Below are positions 42,101 to 51,388 of a stretch of 64,000 bases of DNA, piece by piece; position 1 is the stretch's first letter, and the number at the start of each line of letters is the position of its first letter. Source of the stretch: Schmidtea polychroa (taxonomy: Eukaryota). A model generated the notes under the pieces. That model saw nothing but the letters and a program-made list of their open reading frames with translations, searched no databases and was not told where the DNA came from. The stretch spans positions 33,294,001 to 33,358,000 of the forward strand of contig CM097885.1 in assembly GCA_044892525.1 (NCBI GenBank), written 5' to 3'. The position numbers were made by a program, and so were the translations under genes.

Positions 42101-45100
42101 TTTTCTTGTCTATTAATTTAACATCATTTTATTTATTTCAAATTGTAAACGAAGTACTAATCAATTTGTTTTTAAAATATCTGTTTTGATTTTCAATTAA
42201 ACTTCATTAATTATCTCGCATTTTGTGGGAAAACAACGTATTTTTGTCCACTAGGTCGCACGATTACATGTCCCATATCTTCAGAACTGTTTGTCAAATT
42301 TTACTAAGTTCATTTCACATTATTTACTATCATACCGTGTTTTGCTTCAGAAATAAATACCGGAATATATACAGCAATCTTAATACAAAAGATAAGTAGG
42401 TTGATGGAAAACTGAAAGTTCAAGTAGGATTTTCCTTGAAATAAAATGCAGAATTTTACTGGTAAGTAGAACAACTGAAGAACAAATTTTGATGATTTCT
42501 ATAATTGATGTATTGTCTTATTTTTTTGTCTTTTCGTTTAATTTTTATGGAATAGATCAGTAATGAGGATTAGCAGTCCCTTCGGGTCGTTGACAAATGT
42601 TTAAGGGTATATATTAAAAATGGACGTTAGGCGACGAAGGAACAAATTATCTTCAATAAAATCTCCTAAAAATATTTTGACTAAGATTAAATATTTTTTC
42701 TACTTAATATATTTAAAGTAAGGTTGTTAAACGAAAATCGAAAAGTCTATTTTCTGGTTTGAAAATGGTAATCAATTTACCAAAAACCGATATTAACAAT
42801 TCTAAGTAGAAAGTAAACAATTTGGTATTGACACTGTTTTACGTGTTCGCATTATATTATAATATGTTTCTATGAAATACATTAAGAATCGATAATAGGT
42901 TTAAAGTCGAATTAATTATTAACAACCCAGATTAATTTAAAAATGTAAAAAATTTCCATTTTAATGGAAAAAACTACTACATGTGTCAATATTTATGAAT
43001 TTCAAAATTATCATACCCTTTTTCACAGAAAATCTTCCATAGAAATCAAATGTTAATTGGAAATTTTAGTTGGACAACGAGTTATTTTAACACTCAAGTA
43101 CTTTGGCTGCACCGCAGCGGCTATTTTAAATTTAAACATAATAGAATGCATTTATTGTAAATGGATTTAATTTTTTTTCTTAGGTGAAGAAATATAAAAG
43201 TTCTTTTTTCATGTTCTTTTTATCTGCATTGAACTTATACTATCGCAGCTGCGGCGAAAGGAAAGTGTTGGTGTGACAAATTTTATTTAAGTATTAAAGG
43301 GTTAAGATCAAGGAAATTTTTGTGTCTGATTTTTGTGTTTTATTTTTTTAATTTAAATTGTGATCAAATCTACGGAAATTTGTTATAAAGTAAAAGCTCA
43401 TTATTGGATAAAAAATTCAAAAATGGTGTTATTTTATTAAAATAATATTAATAAGAAAAACTTCAAGTAATTTATTTTCAAAAAAATGCATTTTTATAAT
43501 AATATTTGGTATAATTTTTGTATAATATAGAATCTATATTATAGATTTTAACAACTGTTGTTCATTCTGTTGGACCTTAAGGCACAAAATGTTGGGATAT
43601 TTTTTATCCGGCTTTTAAAAAGTGTTCAAATAAAATTAGTTTTTCGATGAAATGTCGATTACTGATATGTTACAGTATGAAAGAAACACCTATTATAATG
43701 AAAGGCGAGTAATCTTGCTTCCTTTTATATACGTATGCTAGGAAGCAAATATCCTGTTTTCGCATAACATAAATCAATTTTAAACATAAAATTTTTCTTA
43801 CGAAAATCCGTGTTCAAAAACGGATGTTAGTCGCAAAAAGGTTATGTATCACCAAAATAGATGAACAGGTAACATGTTAATAAATAAATTCGTAAATTAT
43901 TGATACATGACATTAATTTTAAATAAAAACTTTAAAATTTAGTTTCAATATTTTTGTAAACCTCAGAAATTGTCTCTCTTCTATTTTCTTCTCAGAATAA
44001 TGGACATATTATATATAGATAAAATAAATTTTGAGGTACTGCAAATCATTATAATCTTACAAATGGAAGTAAAATACTATCAATAATTGAACCATACAAT
44101 AAAAACTGAAATTATGAAAAAAGATAATAAGAAGAAGCAATTATAAACAAAATAAGTGTAAAAGTGATTTTGTCGTATGACTTACCGTATTTTAGCGCAT
44201 ATAACGCGCACGTTATACGCATTTTTACAAACCGTGCACCCCCCATGCGCGGTATCTGTGGGTGCGCGCTTTATGATTTATATTTTACACGTGGCGGCAT
44301 TGCCAGTGGAAATATTTTTATGATGTGACAGTAACCCTACCATCGGTTTTATTGTTTATTGTAATCAGATACCGTGCGCGTTATATGCGCTAAAATACGG
44401 TACAAAAAATTAAACAGCATAAGCTTTGTGATACCCAGTGCAAGTCTCAATAGTAGAATAGTTTCAAAATTTTGGCTCTCATCAGCATTATGCAGAAGAC
44501 GTGAATAAAGAGTGAAATTATATGAAAGAAAACTAGAATTAAAATTTCTGTTAGCTATTAATAAAGGTGAGTTTTTGTAATTTTTTGAAATAAAGGTTTT
44601 CTGAAATTTTTCGACTTTCGGTTTCTATTCTGAATTGCTGTTACTGAACATTGTTTTGGTTTCTGGAATTTTGATATTGAAAAATAAATCCTTTTCTGAG
44701 TTTTTTCTTAATTTAATTATGAATCAAATTGAAGTTAGTGAACATGTTCAAGGGTTTAACTCAAAGAATGGATACGGGGATTCATTAGTGTTGACAATAA
44801 AAGTAATGATAAAGAAGTTCTTGTTCATTTTAAATCGATTGCTGCTACAAATGAAACTTCAAATCATGAATCAAGAAATGTTACTGATCCAGATGGAGGC
44901 GATATTGATGATAATATTTAGTCTATGAAAGGTAATTAAACTTTGAAATACACGTTTGTAACACGGCATTGAAACAAATTTGGATGATATGAAAAGTATC
45001 AGACGCTTTACAATGAAAAGGAAATTGCGCCGCTGAATCTCAAAGCTGACAAAAGATCCATGAATCAAATTATTTTGGAGACATTTAATGCACCAATGAT

Positions 45101-48100
45101 GTATTGTTAAAAATCAAACAGTTCTTTTTTGTACGAATCAGGTCATACCTCGGGTATCGTTCTGGACTCTACTGACCTTGAATCTCGCACTATGGCAATT
45201 TATGAAAGTTATGGAAAACCTTCAAAGGATGCCTCGATGATGGCAACTAAACATATCCCAAGAATTAACTATTGCAATTATATCGGGAAACTCAGAACTC
45301 CAGAAGGAGTATAATTCAAGCCAAGTTCCTCGTCTTGTAAAGATTGACATAAGGCATTTTCCATAAACTTCAAACTCTGTTTCACGCATCTTGCTTTTGA
45401 CTGTGGCTGTTTTCACCCTTGCAATAAGCTCATCGACTTCCTTGAAATTCATTTTTATCTTTAGAACGCAATTGTACAATGTTATCAAGAGAAAGAAGGC
45501 GAAAAAACTTGGGATAAAAATTCTTTAGCATTTTAACAGCTGAAATCATGTAGGCAGCAGCTTTTTATATCAAGAGCAGATTTTGATTTCGATTTGCTAC
45601 AATATTTCTGATAGTTTCATTTATGAGCTGAGATATAATAGGATCATTTAGAGAACTTACGATTGGTACAGTCAAGCAAATAAGTTTATGGAGAGTCAGC
45701 TAACAGTCCTGCCAATATGTTTACACATTTCATACCATTTATATCAGACTCGCCTACCACAAGGAAAATGTTTTTGTCTCTGAGGATTGATTGTACTTTC
45801 TCTAACTTATTTCAGCAAAATATTTTCTCAATGAATGATGATATGGTTTATAAAGTGGAATATTTGCAGCGATAAAAGCTTTAGTAACTTTGGTTGAAAT
45901 TCTCAAGTGGTTGCTGATTATAAATAAGTGTTGCTGCTCTTTTGTGATTTAAATTGTTTCTGTGATTATTTGCAGAAAATTTGCGCTCACAAGAGACATT
46001 AGTTCGGCCATATATACACCAGAAAGTTAATAAAAATTGAAATCATGAACTGTGTCGGGTGCTAAACATAAGTGGCAGATTTTGTTCCTTCGCTTAGCTA
46101 TGCCTTTGACATGCTTTAGATAAAAATGGAATTCATATTAAAATTTAAAATTACTGAGTAAGAAATCAAATTTAAACAAAATCAATAATGAAATCGAAAC
46201 AAAGATAAATTGAAAAGAAATCAGTGGTGAAAATTGAGAAAAGTTGTTATAAAAATAAGAATTGTTTAAATCAAAACAAAGAAAATGCTAAACTTAATGT
46301 AATGTTTGACTTTTTTCCTTTTAAAAATAATCTTAAAGGAGAAAGATCATTGACAAAAGAGAAACTTCATGAACTTAGTGTAAAAAAATTAACTTAGTAG
46401 TAAATTATTAACTTTTAGCTAAAGTTGCATTTATGAACTTTTCTGTTGAAAGTTGCAAAGTTGCAATTAAAAATATCAATAAATAGACATCTTATTGAAT
46501 AAAAAGCTTTTAAATAAATGTAGGTTGCCAAAAGTTGCAATGATTACTAAAGATTGTTTTCTCTTATACACCGACGAGCAATTAATAGGACTTTTTCTGA
46601 CATTTAATAGCACTCTATCAATTGATTTAAGGCTTTTTAATGTAAATTTTTTAATGAAAATCAATTGATTTTTTTAATTAAATTTTAAAAATACTGAAAT
46701 TATGCATAAAAAATGTAAGAAAATTTATCTTACATATTTCGATGGCTTGCTCTATATGAAATAGTTTAGTGGTTCCTAATGTGGTGGTTGTGGACCGAAA
46801 TCGGTCCGCCGATTACTGATCACTGGTCTGTGGAAGAGTCAAAATTTAATTTTAATTATCAACTTTTTTTTAAATGGGTAAATTATTTGAATGTTGCTTA
46901 ATGAAAATTGATTAAAAATTACTTAAGATCAACCCTCTCACAAGAGCGATTATCTAATCCGTCAATTATATCTATTGAACTGATATAGTGCAATAAATAG
47001 ATTTTAATGATTTAATTTATGATTTTGCAAGGAAAAAAGCAAGAAAAACACAATTTAAATAAATTTATGATGTTTAGGGACAAAAACAATTGAAAGAATA
47101 ATGATTTTGTGTTTATTTATTAAGACTGGTACCAAACTTTAAAAATGAAAGAACAGGAGCTTCAGAACTATCGTATATGCATGGTAAGTTTATTTTATAT
47201 TAAAGGGACGCCCAATTTCAAAATTTTGCGCAGGGCCATCAAAAATTCATAATAGTGATAAAATTATTTATAATTCTTCACAAAATTATGTGAAAATTGA
47301 TAATAATTATTATAAAATTACCAACCAATTTAATGGAACAAGTGTAGATTTTCTCATTGAAAGATTCCACATGACGATTGTACCATCATTCCCCATGGAC
47401 ACTAAACAGTAATTCGATGAGATCGTTTTTCCAGAAACATTTGACCACAATATTGAATTTATAGGTTCTTCGTGCACCTTATTTTCACTACTACTTGCTA
47501 AAATTAAATCATTTTCTGTTCTTGACCTATCCCAAACTATGATTTCTCCTAAAAATATCACGTTAACAGCACTTCAATTAAACTAGTTTAAATAGATATG
47601 TTTGTAAAAAATTATTGGCAGTTTAAAAAAATGTAAATTTATAAGATTTAAAAGTGGGCATTTTAATAATACTTAAATAAACACGGTAAAGATTTTATTA
47701 ATAAAATTCGCCATTCGTACATCTTTATCACTATATATTTCGCTAGCATCATCACTATCATTGTTTCAAAATCGTGCAAAGTACGTAGTATGTTTGCTAG
47801 TAAATCTCAAACGCCGGTTGGATTGTGTTCGGATTTCGTTTATCAATTCACATGTAATGGGTGTAATGCCACATACATTGGAGAGACTTCCCGTCATCTC
47901 TACTCGAGTTCAAGAACACTGTCGACCGAAGGGAGTGTCCAATATTAAGGATCATAATAAAGTCTGTATGAGAAAATTAGGAATGTCTGATTTTAAAATT
48001 TTATCAAAAAATTTTGATAATTGCTTTGAGCGTGTGATATGTGAAGCATTTTTAATCCTAAAATCAATGTGCAGAATGCTGTAAATGCGTGTGTGTTGAA

Positions 48101-51100
48101 TGTTTTAAATTAAATTTTTGTATGTTGATGGATATTAATAATAGTTATATTAAATACCGTATATACTCGCTTATAAGTCGAGTAAATTTTAAGAGGTTTT
48201 AAAGTCCTAAATTGGAAACCCGCGTATAGGTCGAAGTAACAAAAATAAAAAAAGGTTTAATGATTTCATTAAAAATTAATTTGTACATTTTTTGACCCGC
48301 GTATAAGTCGAAGTGGCTATTTTGACTTGAAAATTTGACGTAAATTTCTCGACTTTCTCAGCATCTCATTCAGTTCAATACAAACCCAACCCAATTCAAC
48401 CTATTGAGAAACCAATACAATACAATCCTGAGTTAATCAAACACAATAAACATTTCATTAATCCTGTTCTAATTTTGTACTATTTATATGTTTTCTAAAA
48501 ATGTAAGTCTTATAAAAAAAATTTTATTATTTTTTGCACATATTTTGAATACGTATTTTTTGCGGCTCGCGAAACATTTTGAATTTCGAAAAATGGCTCG
48601 AGCTATTTACATTTAATTTAAATTTTCGGACATCAGAAAAATTAAAAATAAGGAAAAAATATTATCAAAATTTTGAGAAAGAGTTAGTTTTAAAACAAAT
48701 AATATTTTTTAGAATGAAGTCAAATAAATTATTTTTACCATTATGAGTTCCAGCAGCTAATAACGAAGTCATATAATAATGAAATTGTATACAACAAGCA
48801 CAAGTTGTGGTCTCCAGCATCGCATCTGGTTTGTCTTCGAAAATTGTTTTATTTCTAGCACTGAGACTGAATATTCCGATTCCTGTATTTGTGTGGACAC
48901 ACCATTTATTATGAATAATGTCCCCAAATCTTTTAAGATTTAAGTTAAGAAAAATCTATAATCGTCTTCAAAAAAATGAAAAGTGTAAAGAAAGCAAAAA
49001 CAAAGCAAAGGTGAACAAAAAATAAAGGATTTTATAAAAAATTAAAATAAAAGCATGCGATTTATTTATTGAATTTTGTACTCGAATTAATGTTAACCTC
49101 TAAACGTTTGCATGAATTTATTTCAATTTTAAGAAATATTCTTTTCATAAAAACATCAAAATACAAAGATACAGTAAAACCTCGATAATACGAAATATTG
49201 GGATCCCAATAATTAGGTTCTAATTATCAAGGTTTTCGAATTATAAGAATTAACGAATATATATATATATAAATTTTTGTTGACTTGATACCTTTTTTTC
49301 TCAATTACTTAATGTCTTTTAGCTGTTAGAGTTATATAAAGAATGACAATGTTTGTTTGCTGATAATCTGAATTTGCTATTTTGAATTAAGCTGTTACGA
49401 TTATCACGAAAAGTTTTATTCGCATGTACTTAGAACAAACGGTTCATTTTTTCATAAATCCAGTTCGAATTATCGGGGTTTTGAATTATTAAGTAAATGC
49501 AAATACACAGAGTTCATTATTTTTTTAATAACAGATGTAAAATGTTCGAATTATTAGGTTATCGAATTAACAAAGTTTTACTGTATTATGGAAACTTTAT
49601 TTTTTACTGCCTGAACCTGGGGTACAATTTTAGGGGTTAGTTTTGTGGGTTTAACGCCTAACACAGATTCAACTCGATAAATTATCTAACTCCAAAGATG
49701 ATCTTGAACAATATTGAGTGTAACGGCACAAATGTAAATTATATTTATTACTGTGACTGAATAAGTGAGTGTGGTTTATAAACTAATATTTATTAACAGA
49801 AACCCAAATAAGTATAATGATTAAATAAACCAATTTTACGCAATATCCAAAAATCTCGCGACTTTAATAGAAGAAAGATAATCGGTTCTACAAACCGTCT
49901 TCAGGAATACAAAGTGCCAAAAGCTGGGACTACGGTTTATCCTAGCTCTGGTCAAACGTGATGGAAAACAAGACTGGGGGAAAACCCAAAAATTAACGCG
50001 TTTATAACACTCAGGTGTGGTGTTACGTAACTTGTAATAATTTGTCTTGTTTTGTATAATCCATTTATGTATGTAATAATGGGTAATACATATTAATATA
50101 ATGGCGACTAGAGAAGTTTTATGTCATGTCCAGAATGTTATTACCCTTATTTAAAGTGTTGTAAATAGGTTTTCTATGCTCTAACTACGAAAATATTCAA
50201 TTTATTAACAAATAATCCTACTTTTTGGAAAATCATTGATCGTGGTAGATTATGCAACGAATTAACGGCAATAAACGAGTGATTACCGTATATATTTGTA
50301 CCGTATACATTTTTCAATTTTCCCCACTTATTTCTTTTCAGCTGACATTGTATTTATAATACTTTTACTCGATGTTTAATAGTGAATCTTTCGATTTCGT
50401 AAGAAAAATTTCTGGTTTACATTTATGATTGAGTTAGGAAACTTTATTTGAGAGGGGGACATGATCTATAAGTTTGTTTGCTTGATCTCTAATTATTTAC
50501 TTCCGTTATTACTTTTATGCAAATTTTACCAAATGCCTTGCTAATCACTTTAAAGGCTCAGAATTTCGTTATTAAGTATGTTACACTTGAAAAAGCTTCA
50601 AAAACTTCCATATTTAAGGATATATCATTAAGGACGTTCCCAGAGAAGGGGGTCTACACAAAAGGGACTCCAGCAACTTAGGATATCTACAGTATCACTT
50701 TCAGTGGTCAAGGTAGGTGTTCAGGCACTTATCAAAGCAGATTAATGGATGTTGAAGATGAAACGGAAACCGAATGTTTGGAGACAACTGATATAAGCCT
50801 AATCAGTTTATATGTGTTCTTGGCTGTCTATGGACATATCTCTAATATTTTCAGATTACCTTTGGAGGATGAGTAAATAAATAAATTTGGTGTTCAAAAT
50901 TTCTTTAGACAATAAGGGATGTCTCCGGGGCTCTCTTAAAGAAACAAAGAGAAATGTAAAAGAAAAGTGTTTTTTCAGCCATGCACATATCGAAACCTTT
51001 TTCATACCATACTTTGGTCAACACTATTCTAAAGCATTACTTATCACAAATTAACAATTACTAACATTTTAAGTAATCAAATTTGCCTCACAGGAAAATA

Positions 51101-51353
51101 GGGTATAAAACCAAGCCGGCGTTAAAGAACTAATAAATTAATATAATTTATTATATGAAAAATAAAGAAAATTATTTATATATTCTAAATTATTTATCCA
51201 GTCAAATAGTTTACTGATAATTTAAAAGTAGTTAATAATAATTCAATAAAATATTTTTTTGAAATATTAAATTTTATAAAATTCGAAATTTTGAGAATCT
51301 TGAACATTAAAAAAATTATATTTTACCACTTAGAGATTATGTATATATAAATA

Positions 51354-51388
<35 letters not shown>

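Noticed and set aside
45222-45488. Possible third host-gene piece after the CSD-actin mosaic
   Set aside because: It reads as a hAT-like transposase remnant on the minus strand.
49719-50027. Possible solo LTR (TGTAAC..GTTACG)
   Set aside because: Imperfect end and no TSD.
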